A DNA stretch of 63,988 bases, counting the filler, from an uncultured bacterium (lineage in GTDB: Bacteria > CAYSBA01), in the NCBI GenBank assembly GCA_964429075.1. It is 6 parts of 6 records of this genome, joined end to end, with 100 filler letters (N's around TTAATTAATTAA, not from the genome) between each part and the next. Parts side by side here need not be neighbours in the genome. Positions count along the whole stretch, not along the records: positions 24,831 to 36,736 come from CAYSBA010000010.1; positions 36,837 to 48,392 come from CAYSBA010000011.1; 4 more parts are not named here. The stretch is one strand, 5' to 3'. A program made the translations under genes and the position numbers. The first letter of the stretch is position 1; each line of letters begins with the position of its first letter. The notes beneath the pieces were generated by a model. The model saw only the letters and a program-made list of their open reading frames with translations. It searched no databases and was not told where the DNA came from. Below are positions 27,181-42,890 of this stretch, one piece after another.

Positions 27181-28704
27181 ATGGAGGAGAAGATGAATGG
27201 TATATTAAAACTAAAGAATCTTTTAAGAGAGATTGCAATTATCGAGAGTACAGGTTCCTTACTTGGATGGGACCAGGAGACGTACATGCCAAAAAAGGCA
27301 GCAACCTTCAGGGCCGAACAGATTTCGATCCTCTCTGGACTTGCCCATAGAAAAAGAACAGGTAAGGAGTTTGAAGAGACTCTTGGTGCCCTTGTTGATC
27401 TTGATACAGGTCAAATCAAGATCGATGTAGACAGAAGAACAGAGAGGATGCTAAAACTTGTTTATAGAGACTACAGGCTTTCAAAGGCACTTCCTGCAGA
27501 GTTTGTAGAAGAACTCAGTAGACACTCATCAGAGTCCATGCAGGTCTGGCAGAAAGCAAGAAAAGAGGACGATTTCTTACTCTTTGCACCCTATTTGAAA
27601 AAGATGGTTGATCTGCAGCGAAAGAAGGCAGATCTTCTTGGATTTGAAGATAACCCCTACGATGCACTTCTGGATCTTTATGAACCTGGTATGAAGACAA
27701 AGACAGTAAGAGAGCTATTTGGTGATATTTTAGAGGAGCTAAAAGGTTTTGCAAAAAGGATACGTGAAAAGGGTGTAAAGTTCAGAGAAGACCTTACTCA
27801 CAAAGAATATCCCGAAGACAGGCAATTTAAGTTTGGGATCGAGATACTAAAAAAGATGGGGTTCGACCTTGAGAGAGGAAGGGAAGATAAGTCTGCACAC
27901 CCCTTTACTATAGGACTCCATCCTACTGACACCAGAATAACAACCCGTTTTGATATACATGATCCAAGGAGTGCCATAAGTTCAACCATCCATGAGGGTG
28001 GTCATGGCCTTTATGAACAGGGTCTTGACCAATATGAATACGGAAATCCACTGGGTCAGCCTATCTCCACAGGGATGCATGAGAGCCAATCACGTTTCTG
28101 GGAAAATGTTATTGCAAGGAGATACTCCTTCTGGGAATACTGGTTCCCGAGGCTTGTAGAATATTTCCCTGATCAATTGAAGGGTAGGACTGTGGAAGAC
28201 TGGTATCGGGTCTATAACAGAGTTGAGCCAACCCTGATCAGGGTAGAGTCTGATGAGGTACACTACAATCTTCATATAATGCTAAGATTTGACATAGAAA
28301 ATGGTCTTATAAATGGCAAAACAGAGGTAGAAGAGCTGCCGGAGATCTGGAATGCTGGAATGAAGGAATATGTTGGTGTTGAGCCCAAGAATTATAGTGA
28401 TGGAGTATTGCAGGATATACACTGGTCCATGGGCTATTTTGGGTATTTTCCCACATACTCCCTGGGTAATTTTTACAGTGCCATGATATTTGAGAGTATT
28501 GTTAAGGATATACCGGATATTGATGATCTATTAAGAAAGGGAGAAATGCTAGAGATTACAGGATGGTTAAATGAGAAGATCCACAGACTTGGTAGGGAGC
28601 TCAGTGTAGATGAATTGTTTGACAGGTTGTATGGTGATAGGGTGAGTGCAGAGCCTTTCTTAAGATATTTAAAGAAAAGGTATTCTGAAATCTATCAATT
28701 ATAG
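27181..28704 (+). CDS. Carboxypeptidase, M32 family
   Basis: WDQETYMP, HPF, HEGGH, HESQS, IRVESDE, LQDIHW, GYFPTY. Confidence 0.95.
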   Translation: MEEKMNGILKLKNLLREIAIIESTGSLLGWDQETYMPKKAATFRAEQISILSGLAHRKRTGKEFEETLGALVDLDTGQIKIDVDRRTERMLKLVYRDYRLSKALPAEFVEELSRHSSESMQVWQKARKEDDFLLFAPYLKKMVDLQRKKADLLGFEDNPYDALLDLYEPGMKTKTVRELFGDILEELKGFAKRIREKGVKFREDLTHKEYPEDRQFKFGIEILKKMGFDLERGREDKSAHPFTIGLHPTDTRITTRFDIHDPRSAISSTIHEGGHGLYEQGLDQYEYGNPLGQPISTGMHESQSRFWENVIARRYSFWEYWFPRLVEYFPDQLKGRTVEDWYRVYNRVEPTLIRVESDEVHYNLHIMLRFDIENGLINGKTEVEELPEIWNAGMKEYVGVEPKNYSDGVLQDIHWSMGYFGYFPTYSLGNFYSAMIFESIVKDIPDIDDLLRKGEMLEITGWLNEKIHRLGRELSVDELFDRLYGDRVSAEPFLRYLKKRYSEIYQL

Positions 28705-28715
28705 ACGGTATTATT

Positions 28716-30107
28716 ATGGTTACAGGTATTGTCCTTGCAGCTGGTTCTGGTACCAGGATGAAATCAAACCTGCCCAAGGTATTACACCAGGTTTGTGGAA
28801 GACCCATGATACATTACATTTTAGATGCGGTCATCAACTCTGGTGTAGATAATGTTGTTGTGGTGCTTGGTTCTGGTGCTGAACTGGTATCAGATTATAT
28901 AAATAAAAATTTTAAAGATGGAATAAAGACGGTATTTCAACCAGAACAGGATGGCACAGCTGGCGCAGTAAAGGTGGCATTATCTAATATAAAAGATGTG
29001 GATGAGGTTCTGGTATGCTGTGGAGATACCCCATTGATTACAGCAGATACCCTCAGGGAGTTTATCAATACTTCAAAAAACAAAAGACCCGTATGTTCCT
29101 TAATTACTATGGAATTAGAAGATCCAACAGGATATGGCAGAATAATAAGAGACAAAGAAGGCTATGTAGTTAAAATAGTGGAAGAGACCGATCTTGAAAA
29201 TGAAGAGAGGATGATTAGGGAGGTAAATTCTGGAGTCTGGTTCTTTGATGTCAGGCTTATATTAGAATTCTTCCGAATTATGAAAAAAAATGAGAGAAAA
29301 GGAGAATATTACCTGACAGATGTAGTTGAATTCTGTGTAAAAAAAGGTGTAAAGGTAAATGGGTTCCAGGCATCTGATCCTGTTGAGTTCTACGGTGTAA
29401 ATGACAGGATGGATCTATATTTTGCTAACTATGCAATGCGTCTATCCATTATAGAAAGGATTATAGAGAGTGGAGTTACCATTATTGATCCCTACAACAC
29501 CTATATCGATTCAGGTGTTGTAATCGAAAGGGATTGTTTTATTGAACCAGGGGTGGTCATAAAGGGGAACACCCATATCGATCAAGAGACATATATTGGT
29601 CCAAATATCTTCATAAACAGCTCAACGATCGGAAAAAGGTGCAGGATTTATCCCTTTTCCCATATTGATGGTGCTGTTGTAGAAGACGATGTTACAGTTG
29701 GTCCTTTTGCGAGGTTAAGATACGGTACCACACTCAGAAGGGGGTCAAAGATTGGTAACTTTGTAGAGGTCAAAAAGGCAGTGGTTGGCAGTGGAAGTAA
29801 GGCAAACCATCTGAGCTATATTGGTGATACAGTTTTAGGTGAGGGAGTAAATATTGGTGCAGGTACAATTACGTGTAATTATGATGGCTTTGAAAAACAT
29901 CAGACAGTAATAGAGGATGGGACATTTATAGGGAGTAATAGCTGTCTTGTTGCTCCTGTAAAGATTGGTAAAGATGCACTTGTTGCTGCTGGATCTACAA
30001 TAACAAAGGATGTACCTGATAATGCCCTTGCATTTGGCCGTGCAAGACAGGTGAACAGAGAAGGCCTTGGGATGTCCTACCGGAGAAAAAAGAATAAAAA
30101 GGAATAG
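28716..30107 (+). CDS. glmU: Bifunctional UDP-GlcNAc pyrophosphorylase / glucosamine-1-phosphate N-acetyltransferase
   Basis: LAAGSGTRMKS, GYGRI, hexapeptide repeats, HLSYIGD, NIGAGTITCNYDG. Confidence 0.97.
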   Translation: MVTGIVLAAGSGTRMKSNLPKVLHQVCGRPMIHYILDAVINSGVDNVVVVLGSGAELVSDYINKNFKDGIKTVFQPEQDGTAGAVKVALSNIKDVDEVLVCCGDTPLITADTLREFINTSKNKRPVCSLITMELEDPTGYGRIIRDKEGYVVKIVEETDLENEERMIREVNSGVWFFDVRLILEFFRIMKKNERKGEYYLTDVVEFCVKKGVKVNGFQASDPVEFYGVNDRMDLYFANYAMRLSIIERIIESGVTIIDPYNTYIDSGVVIERDCFIEPGVVIKGNTHIDQETYIGPNIFINSSTIGKRCRIYPFSHIDGAVVEDDVTVGPFARLRYGTTLRRGSKIGNFVEVKKAVVGSGSKANHLSYIGDTVLGEGVNIGAGTITCNYDGFEKHQTVIEDGTFIGSNSCLVAPVKIGKDALVAAGSTITKDVPDNALAFGRARQVNREGLGMSYRRKKNKKE

Positions 30108-30110
30108 ACA

Positions 30111-31907
30111 ATGTGCGGTATTGTTGGCTATACAGGTTTTGAGGACTGTGTAGATCATATAGTAGAAGGACTTAAAAAGCTTGAATACAGGGGTTACGAT
30201 TCCTCTGGTATTGCTGTTATTACTGGAAAAGATATAGAGATAAGAAAGAGTACTGGGAAAATAAAAGTACTTGAAAAAAAGATTGTTGAAAATCCTGTAT
30301 CAGGTAATACAGGAATAGGTCACACAAGATGGGCCACGCATGGCAAACCGAGTAATGACAATGCACATCCACACCTATCAAAAAGCCTTGCATTGGTACA
30401 TAATGGAATTATAGAGAATTTTGCATCACTCAAGACACAGTTGATAAAAGAAGGGTTTGAGTTTGTGTCCGAAACAGATACTGAGGTAATAGCTCATCTT
30501 ATAAGCTTTGAACTGAATAAAAAGAAAGAGATAGAAGAGGCAATTTTTGAAGCAGTAAAAAGACTTGAAGGCGCGTTTGCTGTTGCACTTATTACTCCGT
30601 TACGTCCAGAAGAGATCTTTGTGATGAAGAATGCATCTCCACTCGTGTTTGGGATTACAGACAAAAGTGGTATGGTTGCATCGGATATCCCAGCACTATT
30701 ACATGAGACTAACAAGGTCCTTGTCCTTGATGAAAAGGAGGTTGGTGTAGTGGGAAGAGGTAGATTTGCCATTTACGATTTTTCAGGGAATAGAAAGGAT
30801 AGAAAGCTGTTTATGATCAATTTAGATCCAGTCTCTGTTGAAAAGGGAGGACACAAACATTTTATGCATAAAGAGATATTCGAGCAACCAACAGCATTGA
30901 TAAATACAATGGAACAGAGACTTGACCTTGAAAAAGGCAGGGTATTTTTAGAAGAGCTTTCCAAAACACAGCATCCAGACAGGATTGTTATTACTGCCTG
31001 TGGTACCTCCTACCATGCAGGACTGATAGGGAAGTATCTGATCGAAGGCCTATCAGGGATTTCAACAGAGGTATACCTTGCAAGTGAGTTCAGATATCAG
31101 GACCCTATTTTAAAAGAAAAGGACTGTTTTTTGTGTATATCTCAATCGGGTGAAACGGCTGATACTATAGAGGCATTGAAGGAATCTAAAAAAAAGGGTG
31201 CCAGAATAATTTCCATTACAAACGTACCGCAGTCAACAATAGACAGGCTGAGTGATATAACACTCTATACCTATGCAGGTCCGGAGATTGGTGTGGCTTC
31301 AACAAAGGCTTTTTTGACCCAGGTGTTGGTACTTGTGATGATGTCCATCTACTTTTCAAAAAAGGACAGGTCTGATCTTATCCATGAACTTGCAAAGCTA
31401 CCTGGAAAGATTGGACTTGTGCTTAAACAGGAAGAGGAAATACAGAAGATTGCAAAGATCCTCAGTCGCTACAAAAATTTTCTCTATCTTGGCAGGGGAA
31501 TAAATTATCCTGTTGCCCTCGAAGGCGCCTTAAAGATGAAAGAGATTACCTACATTCATGCAGAGGGGTATGCAGCTGGTGAGATGAAGCACGGACCAAT
31601 AGCATTGATAGATGAAAATATGCCATCAGTTGTAATTGCTACTTCAAATTTCCTGATAAAAAAGATGATAGCAAACATTGAGGAGATAAAAGCAAGGGAT
31701 GGTATTGTTATCTCAATTGTTAACGAGGATTGCAAAGAGGTTATTGAAAGATCGGATTTTTCTATCGTTGTCCCTGAAGTAGATTATTTTCTTGAACCCA
31801 TAATAAACTCCGTACCTCTTCAACTTCTTGCATATCATGTGGCAGATTTCCTTGGAACCGATGTAGATCAGCCTCGAAATCTTGCCAAAAGCGTTACTGT
31901 GGAGTGA
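30111..31907 (+). CDS. glmS: Glutamine-fructose-6-phosphate transaminase
   Basis: MCGIVG, GHTRWATHG, SQSGETAD, PRNLAKSVTVE. Confidence 0.98.
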   Translation: MCGIVGYTGFEDCVDHIVEGLKKLEYRGYDSSGIAVITGKDIEIRKSTGKIKVLEKKIVENPVSGNTGIGHTRWATHGKPSNDNAHPHLSKSLALVHNGIIENFASLKTQLIKEGFEFVSETDTEVIAHLISFELNKKKEIEEAIFEAVKRLEGAFAVALITPLRPEEIFVMKNASPLVFGITDKSGMVASDIPALLHETNKVLVLDEKEVGVVGRGRFAIYDFSGNRKDRKLFMINLDPVSVEKGGHKHFMHKEIFEQPTALINTMEQRLDLEKGRVFLEELSKTQHPDRIVITACGTSYHAGLIGKYLIEGLSGISTEVYLASEFRYQDPILKEKDCFLCISQSGETADTIEALKESKKKGARIISITNVPQSTIDRLSDITLYTYAGPEIGVASTKAFLTQVLVLVMMSIYFSKKDRSDLIHELAKLPGKIGLVLKQEEEIQKIAKILSRYKNFLYLGRGINYPVALEGALKMKEITYIHAEGYAAGEMKHGPIALIDENMPSVVIATSNFLIKKMIANIEEIKARDGIVISIVNEDCKEVIERSDFSIVVPEVDYFLEPIINSVPLQLLAYHVADFLGTDVDQPRNLAKSVTVE

Positions 31908-31913
31908 TAGGAA

Positions 31914-33137
31914 TTGGCGCTGATTAAAAATGCTGTTATTTTCACAGAGAATCGACACATTGAGGGAGAAATAAAATTTGATCACACCATAAGGGAAATC
32001 ATAGACTATTCAAAGAAGAGGTCAACCAGCGGTAATCATGATGAGATATTCGATGTTGATGGAAGGTTGGTAATACCTGGACTTACAGAGTGTCACACCC
32101 ACTCTATTTTTGCAGGTAGCCGTATAGAAGATTTTCGATATAGAGTGTTAGGAAAATCCTACGAAGAGATTGCAAAGATGGGTTATGGCATTGGAGTTAC
32201 AGTAAAGTCGACTGTAGAGTGTGACGATGTAATCTTAAAAAGACTCCTTAAGAAAAGGATAGAAGATTTTGTAAAACATGGCATAACAACCTTAGAGATA
32301 AAGAGTGGCTATGGACTATTACCAGAACAGGAGCTGAGACTGCTCAGGATTATAAAAGAGGTGGACAAGGAGACTTATATAGATATTATCCCTACCCTGC
32401 TTGCCCTTCATAAGCTACCAGAAGAGTATAGCAATAAAAGGGAATATTATATTGATTTAACTATAAATGAGACAATCGAAGAGGCTGCTGAGGAGGGTCT
32501 TGCACTTTTTTGCGACTGTTTTTGTGAACCAGGCATTGCCTTTAGTGTTGATGAATGCAGGAAGGTCCTGAAAAAGGCACATGATCTCGGACTTGGTTTG
32601 AAGATACATGCAGATCAAATCAAAAAAAGTGGTGGTGCAGAGCTTGCACTCGAGCTTGGATGCATCTCTGCAGACCATCTTGACCATACATCATGGGAAG
32701 TTGTAAAGAGATTGAGTATCTCTGGTACCATACCCGTTTTCTTACCAGGTGCTGCCTTTTTCAGTGGATCTGGAAGGATTAGGAATGACATCGACTTTTC
32801 GGTTCTTGGTGAAAACGCTGCAATATCTACCGACTTCAATCCCGGGTCGTCACCAACTAAAAATCTCTTTTTTATGACTTCACTGTACTGTCTATACGGT
32901 GGATTAAACGTTGAGGGGGTTATTGACTGTATCTCAAAGGGACCATCAAGGGCACTGGGACTCCATGATAGAGGGGAAATAACGGTAGGAAAAAAAGCAG
33001 ATCTTGTTGTACTCGATCTAAAAAGGACAGAGGAGATCCCTTACTATTATGCTGAAAATCCAGTATATATGGTGGTAAAATCTGGAATAGTCATATATAT
33101 CAGGGATAAAAAACTGAATGTATGGAGAGAAGAATGA
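31914..33137 (+). CDS. hutI: Imidazolonepropionase
   Basis: CHTHSIFAGSR, EIKSGYGL, KIHADQ, SADHL, STDFNPGSSP. Confidence 0.93.
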   Translation: MALIKNAVIFTENRHIEGEIKFDHTIREIIDYSKKRSTSGNHDEIFDVDGRLVIPGLTECHTHSIFAGSRIEDFRYRVLGKSYEEIAKMGYGIGVTVKSTVECDDVILKRLLKKRIEDFVKHGITTLEIKSGYGLLPEQELRLLRIIKEVDKETYIDIIPTLLALHKLPEEYSNKREYYIDLTINETIEEAAEEGLALFCDCFCEPGIAFSVDECRKVLKKAHDLGLGLKIHADQIKKSGGAELALELGCISADHLDHTSWEVVKRLSISGTIPVFLPGAAFFSGSGRIRNDIDFSVLGENAAISTDFNPGSSPTKNLFFMTSLYCLYGGLNVEGVIDCISKGPSRALGLHDRGEITVGKKADLVVLDLKRTEEIPYYYAENPVYMVVKSGIVIYIRDKKLNVWREE

Positions 33138-33916
33138 CCGGCACAAAAACAGCCATAGCGATCCTTGGTGCGTGTGGCAGGATGGGTCACACAGTATTTG
33201 AAATAGTACAAAAAAGGGATGATATAGAGATTGGTGCACTCATTGATGTAGCAGGCAAAGATCTTGTTACAGATGATAAAGATCTTGCTGTAAAGACTAT
33301 AGAATCGGTCGATCTATCAGATTTTGATGTTATAATAGATTTTTCAAATCCTGTTGCTACAATCTCCATGCTCAAAAGGATGCAAAAAGAAAACANNNNN
33401 NNNNNGCCTATGGTAATAGGAACCACCGGTTTTAAGAAAGAGGAGATAGATTTTATAAAGGGATTTACAAACAGAATACCTATACTTCTTTCATATAATA
33501 TGAGCCTTTTTGTTAATATCCTTATTAAGGCAGTAAGATTCGTAACAGAGCTATGTAAGGATGGATGTGATATTGAGATACTCGAAAGTCACCACAGGTT
33601 TAAAAAGGATGCACCAAGTGGTACCGCCCTTATGCTATTTGATGCAATCACAAAGGCAAGACCTGAATTAAATAGTCTTTTTAAAAGAGAGGGTGTTCGA
33701 AAGGATTTTGATGTGACAATCCAGTCAATAAGAGGTGGAGATACGGTAGGTGAACATACTGTCTTTTTCTTCGGAAATGGGGAAAGACTCGAATTGATAC
33801 ATAGGGCACAATCGAGACGATGTTTTGCAGAGGGTGCGATAACAGCTGCATTATGGCTAAAAGAGAGGGCACCCGGTTTTTATAATATGGATGATGTGTT
33901 GTCTAAGATTGAATAA
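33134..33916 (+). CDS. dapB: 4-hydroxy-tetrahydrodipicolinate reductase
   Basis: GACGRMG, IDFS, IGTTG, ESHHRFKKDAPSGTA, RGGDTVGEH; contains a 10-N gap at 33396-33405. Confidence 0.95.
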   Translation: MTGTKTAIAILGACGRMGHTVFEIVQKRDDIEIGALIDVAGKDLVTDDKDLAVKTIESVDLSDFDVIIDFSNPVATISMLKRMQKENXXXXPMVIGTTGFKKEEIDFIKGFTNRIPILLSYNMSLFVNILIKAVRFVTELCKDGCDIEILESHHRFKKDAPSGTALMLFDAITKARPELNSLFKREGVRKDFDVTIQSIRGGDTVGEHTVFFFGNGERLELIHRAQSRRCFAEGAITAALWLKERAPGFYNMDDVLSKIE

Positions 33917-33933
33917 AAGTACTGGAGTTTAAT

Positions 33934-36736
33934 ATGGTTATAAAAGACAGACGGATATTAAAGGGTATATCTGGTTTCATACTACTTTTGGTGTTTATCT
34001 GTTCACTTAAATTTGAGGCCTGGGCCTCTTACAATATAGAGGATATGGTGTACTTCAATAGATCTTTAAGATATATAAAAACAAAATATCTTGATCCATC
34101 AAGAGTTGTTCCAGAGAAGATGTTTAAAAGGATCCTTGAAAGACTCGCAAAAAAGGTACCAGAGATCGTATTTAAATATAACAGCAATAATGGATTTGTG
34201 GATGTGCAGGTGGGTAAGGACCATAGAAGATTCAAGATAGATTCACTTCTTACCCTTGCAGATCTTTCATACAATATTGGTAAGATATTTAGATTCTTAA
34301 ACAGAAATCTACCACCCGATGAAGATAGAGAGGAGATTGAGGTTTCAGCTATAAATGCAATGCTTTCTACCCTCGATCCACATTCAAACTTTCTGCCAAG
34401 GAGACAATTCAGAGAGTTTAAGATTCAGACAAAAGGTAAATTCGGAGGTCTCGGTATTATAATTTCTATACGAAATGGACTTCTGACAGTGATTTCGCCG
34501 ATTAAAGGTACACCTGCATACAGGGCCGGGATAAGGGCAAAGGACAGGATAATGGAGATTGATGGTGAATCGACAATCAATATGGACCTTGATGAAGCCG
34601 TGTCAAAATTGAGAGGAAAGCCCGGGACAAAAGTAACCATAGGGATCAAGAGAGAGGGGTTCCCAAAGCTTATTAAAGTCACCATCACAAGGGAGATTAT
34701 AAAGATACAGAGTGTAAAATCAAAACTGCTAAAAAACGGTATTGCATACATATCTATAGAGAGTTTTCAAAAGAATGTGGCAAGGGATGTAAGATCGCAG
34801 ATAAACAATCTCAGGAATAAAAATGGAGGTAAATTAAAGGGTATTATACTGGATCTTCGGGACAATCCTGGTGGCCTGCTTGATGAAGCTGTCAAGCTGA
34901 GTGATCTATTTCTGAAAAGTGGGGTGATTGTATCTACACAGGTAAAGAAAGGGATCATACTTGAAAGGGAGGTTGCACAGAATGATGGTGATGAACCACA
35001 AGAGCCTTTAATAGTTCTTGTTAACGAGGGCTCAGCAAGTGCATCAGAGATTGTAACAGCGGCTTTGAAGTATTATAAACGGGCGCTTATTCTCGGGAAT
35101 AGGACCTTTGGAAAAGGGACAGTTCAGGTAATATACGGTGTAACAAAGGATACCGGTCTTAAGCTGACAATTGCAGAGTATCTTACACCAGGAGATCGTT
35201 CCATACATGATTATGGTGTTGTTCCAGATGTAAAGATTGTACCTGTTTCGCTTGAGAAAAACTGGGTACCACCAAAGTCGATATATGCTGAAGAAAATCC
35301 AGAACCAAAAGATATGGTTTTTATGCAGCAGGGTTATCTTGAAGATAGTCTTAGAGAGAATGATCTGAGTGAGATGGAGCTCGATATTTCAAAACTGGAG
35401 AAACCAAAATTCTTTTTAAAACATCTCTTAACAAAGGACGAGCTGAGGATCATGTATTCACCAGACTATACAGATAGATTAAAAGAAGACTTCTTGGTAA
35501 AGATAGCAGAAAGGATAATCTTAAGCGGAATAAGAGCCAACTCTCCTTACTCTATGATGAAGGAATTTTTTGATAGGCTAAACAAGGAGGAAGAAAAAAG
35601 GATACAGGAATATCTTTTAAAAAGATATAGATTAGTCTGGGGACATAGAACCCAACTTATACCATCTAAAAAGGATTTAAAGATAGATGTTATACTAAAA
35701 GACCTCTCAGGTAAATCCGTTCCGGTGGCCGGGGATAGGGTAAGGTTAACAGTAAAGGTAAAAAATACAGGCAATAGAGTGTTTCAGAGATTACATGCAA
35801 TAACAGATTCAGAAGAGATGATATTTAAAAAACGAGAATTCATATTTGGTACAATAAAGCCACATGAGACTGCTGTGTGGTCAACCACATTTGAGCTACC
35901 TTCAGATATGAGAGAGCAAATTGTACCTGTTAATTTTATTTTCTATGTGGACAACAAAAAGACAGATATAGTACACAAAGAGCGGTTTCATATAAAGGGT
36001 CAACCCCTACCATCCTTTGGTTATACCTATATAATTGACGACAGCTGTTCGGGTTGCAGCAAAGATGGTCTGATTCAAAGAGGTGAAGATATTACCTTAC
36101 GACTGAATATATTTAACAGAGGTATGGGTAACACCTCAAAAAAGACCTATGTACTTCTTGTTAATAAGAATGGGAAGGATGTGTTTTTAAAAAAAGGAAG
36201 GGTTGCCATTAAACAGATACATTCAAAAAGTCATGGTGAGATTCTACTAAGATTTAAAGTAAAAAAGGATTTTAACAAAGAAAAACTACACTTTAAACTG
36301 GAGATTAGCGATCTTGAAAAGGATGTCTATCTCGGTGATGAGCTATGGATACCAATATTTAATAATCCTGCGAAAAAGATGAGATCAAAGGTCAGAAGCC
36401 ATTCACCACTATGCAGCATACCTTATGAGGGTTGTGACTGGATAGGTGTAACATTAAAAGAAAGCAATGTAATTGGAGAAAAAAATGGCTTTTATGCTGT
36501 AAAAACAAAAAGAGGTATTCTATGGTCAAGAAAAGAGTGGTCTGGAAGTCTAAAAGGACATAAAACTGGCTTTAAAGAAAGTGACTTAATATGGTTGCCC
36601 CGTTTTGCACCCGATATTAATATTGTATATAGAGGGAGTTATATTATAAAGAATGATAATAATATAAATGTTGAGATTGTTCTTTCACATGATCATAAGA
36701 TAAAAGATCTATATGTCTATAATAGATATAAAAAAG
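33934..36736 (+). CDS. S41 (CtpA/Prc-like) serine protease with long C-terminal extension, truncated by contig end
   Basis: LDPHS, PDZ GKFGGLGI, LDLRDNPGGLL, SASASEI, TFGKGTVQ, followed by more than 450 extra residues of beta-rich domains. Confidence 0.9.
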
Positions 36737-36836
36737 NNNNNNNNNNNNNNNNNNNNNNNNNNNNNNNNNNNNNNNNNNNNTTAATTAATTAANNNNNNNN
36801 NNNNNNNNNNNNNNNNNNNNNNNNNNNNNNNNNNNN
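36737..36836. other. Artificial contig-joining linker
   Basis: N-TTAATTAATTAA-N pattern. Confidence 0.98.
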
Positions 36837-36854
36837 AATTAATAGGTATAAACT

Positions 36855-40437
<3,583 letters not shown>

Positions 40438-40457
40438 CGCTCTTTCTGGAGTTTGAG

Positions 40458-42890
40458 ATGGATAGAATAGATACTTCACAGACGATAGTTGTAGATATAA
40501 CTGAAAAGATGAAATCTGCCTACATGGATTATTCCATGAGTATCATTATAGGCAGGGCCCTGCCAGATTTCAGGGATGGATTGAAGCCTGTCCACAGAAG
40601 AATCCTTTATGCAATGTTAAAAGAGGGGCTGCTACCAGACAAGCGATACTCAAAGTGTGCTGGTGTGGTTGGGGAGGTATTAAAAAAGTATCATCCTCAT
40701 GGTGATAGTGCTGTATATGATGCACTTGTAAGGATGGCCCAGCCCTGGAATATGAGGTTACCACTTATAGATGGTCAGGGAAACTTTGGTTCGATTGATG
40801 GAGATTCAGCAGCTGCATACAGATATACTGAATGTAGGCTTTCGAAACCTGCTTTATACATGTTACTTGATATTGATAAGGATACAGTAGATTTCGTACC
40901 TAATTTTGATAACTCTCAACTTGAGCCTGTGGTATTACCAACAAGGCTGCCCAATTTATTAATAAACGGCTCATCAGGGATAGCAGTTGGTATGGCAACC
41001 AATATCCCACCACACAACCCTTCAGAGGTTATTGATGCCACAATAGCACTAATCAAAGATAGGGAAATAGGGTTAAAGGAGATAATGGAGTATCTTCCAG
41101 GTCCAGACTTTCCTACAGGTGGCATAATCAATGGGATAGATGGGATAGTGGAGGCCTATAAGACTGGAAGAGGTAAGATCAAGATACGAGGAAAGGCCTA
41201 TGTTGAAACAAACAAAAACACAAAACAGACAAATCTTATAATTACCGAACTCCCGTATCAGGTAAACAAAAGTGAACTTCTTGCTCGTATTGCACAGCTG
41301 GTGAATGAGAAAAAAATAGAGGGAGTAAGAGACATAAGGGACGAATCAAACAAAGATGGAATAAGGGTTGTAATAGAGCTTAAAAAGGATGCATCTTCAA
41401 ATGTGGTTTTGAATAAGCTATACAAACATACAAATCTTGAGACCACTTTTGGAATAAATCTGCTCGGCATTGATCAGGGTAGACCAAGATCCCTTGGGAT
41501 CAAAGAGGTACTCGAGATTTTCATACGTCACAGAGAGCAGGTTATAGTCAGAAGAACCCGTTATCTGCTAAGAGAAGCTGAGGCCAGATTACACATCTTA
41601 GAGGGATTGATACTTGCCCTCGACAATATAGATAGGGTAATTGAACTTATTCGTTCATCAAAGTCTCCAGATGAGGCAAAGATAGGATTGATAAGGGAAT
41701 TTTCAATGACAGAGATTCAGGCACAGGCCGTACTTAATATGAGGTTACAGCGCCTTACCGGGCTTGAACGTGAAAAACTCCTTGAGGAGATGAAGGAACT
41801 TAAGAAAAAGGTAAAAGAATATAGGGAAATACTGACAGATTATAACAGGTTAAAAGAGGTAATGATAGAAGAACTCATTGAGATAAAAGAGAAATTTGGG
41901 GATCCAAGAAGGACTGAGATTATTGAGACTGCAGAATCCCTAAGTCTTGAAGATGTAATTGTGCAGCAGGATGTCGTTGTCACCGTAACCTATAAGGGCA
42001 AAATAAAAAGGAGGCCACTTACACAGATCAACCGACAGAGGAGAGGTGGTAAAGGTACGAGGGGATTAATGATAAAAGATGGTGATTTTGTCTGTGATCT
42101 TTTTGTAGCCAACACCCATTCATACATATTGATTTTTACAGATAGTGGTAAATGCTACTGGCTAAAGGTATATGAATTACCAGATCTTGGTAGGATTGCA
42201 AAGGGTGTGCCAATAATCAATCTAATCGATGTTGAGCCGGGAGAAAAGATCAAGGCAATATTGCCTGTAAAGACTTTTGAAGAAGGTTATAGTATAGTTA
42301 TGGCAACTGCTATGGGCATGATAAAAAAGACTAACCTGATGGAATACTCTCGTCCACGACGCAGCGGTATAATTGCGATAAATATAAGAGAAGGAGATGA
42401 ACTTATAGATGTGGGTCTATCTGGTGGTGGAAATCAGATCTTTATTGCTACAAAAAAGGGTTTTGCAATTAGATTTGATGAATCAGAGGTAAGAGAAATG
42501 GGTAGAAACACAACTGGTGTTACCGGAATAAGGTTAAATCCAGATGATAGGGTTGTTTCTATGGATATAGTTAGAGAGGGTTATGATATACTTACAATAA
42601 CAGAAAATGGTTATGGTAAAAGGACAGCGGTAAGTGAGTATCGTCTACAGAAGAGGGGTGGCAAAGGTCTTATCAATATAAAGTGCGGTGAAAGAAATGG
42701 TGATGTTGTCAAATCTCTTAAGGTTAAAGAGCAGGATGAGGTGATGATTATAACCGATGATGGTTTACTGATACGGACATCTGTATCAGAGATAAGCAGG
42801 GTTGGTAGAAACACAAAGGGTGTAAAGATAATAAATATAGGTGATGACAGCAGGGTTAGCTCTATGGTACGGGTGATAAGTGATGAATAA
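40458..42890 (+). CDS. gyrA: DNA gyrase subunit A
   Basis: [22 protein letters not shown], GyrA-box QRRGGKG. Confidence 0.98.
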   Translation: MDRIDTSQTIVVDITEKMKSAYMDYSMSIIIGRALPDFRDGLKPVHRRILYAMLKEGLLPDKRYSKCAGVVGEVLKKYHPHGDSAVYDALVRMAQPWNMRLPLIDGQGNFGSIDGDSAAAYRYTECRLSKPALYMLLDIDKDTVDFVPNFDNSQLEPVVLPTRLPNLLINGSSGIAVGMATNIPPHNPSEVIDATIALIKDREIGLKEIMEYLPGPDFPTGGIINGIDGIVEAYKTGRGKIKIRGKAYVETNKNTKQTNLIITELPYQVNKSELLARIAQLVNEKKIEGVRDIRDESNKDGIRVVIELKKDASSNVVLNKLYKHTNLETTFGINLLGIDQGRPRSLGIKEVLEIFIRHREQVIVRRTRYLLREAEARLHILEGLILALDNIDRVIELIRSSKSPDEAKIGLIREFSMTEIQAQAVLNMRLQRLTGLEREKLLEEMKELKKKVKEYREILTDYNRLKEVMIEELIEIKEKFGDPRRTEIIETAESLSLEDVIVQQDVVVTVTYKGKIKRRPLTQINRQRRGGKGTRGLMIKDGDFVCDLFVANTHSYILIFTDSGKCYWLKVYELPDLGRIAKGVPIINLIDVEPGEKIKAILPVKTFEEGYSIVMATAMGMIKKTNLMEYSRPRRSGIIAINIREGDELIDVGLSGGGNQIFIATKKGFAIRFDESEVREMGRNTTGVTGIRLNPDDRVVSMDIVREGYDILTITENGYGKRTAVSEYRLQKRGGKGLINIKCGERNGDVVKSLKVKEQDEVMIITDDGLLIRTSVSEISRVGRNTKGVKIINIGDDSRVSSMVRVISDE

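Noticed and set aside
31860-31935. attTn7 site at the 3' end of glmS
   Set aside because: hutI begins 6 bp after the stop; no Tn7 ends or tns genes, so the site is unoccupied.
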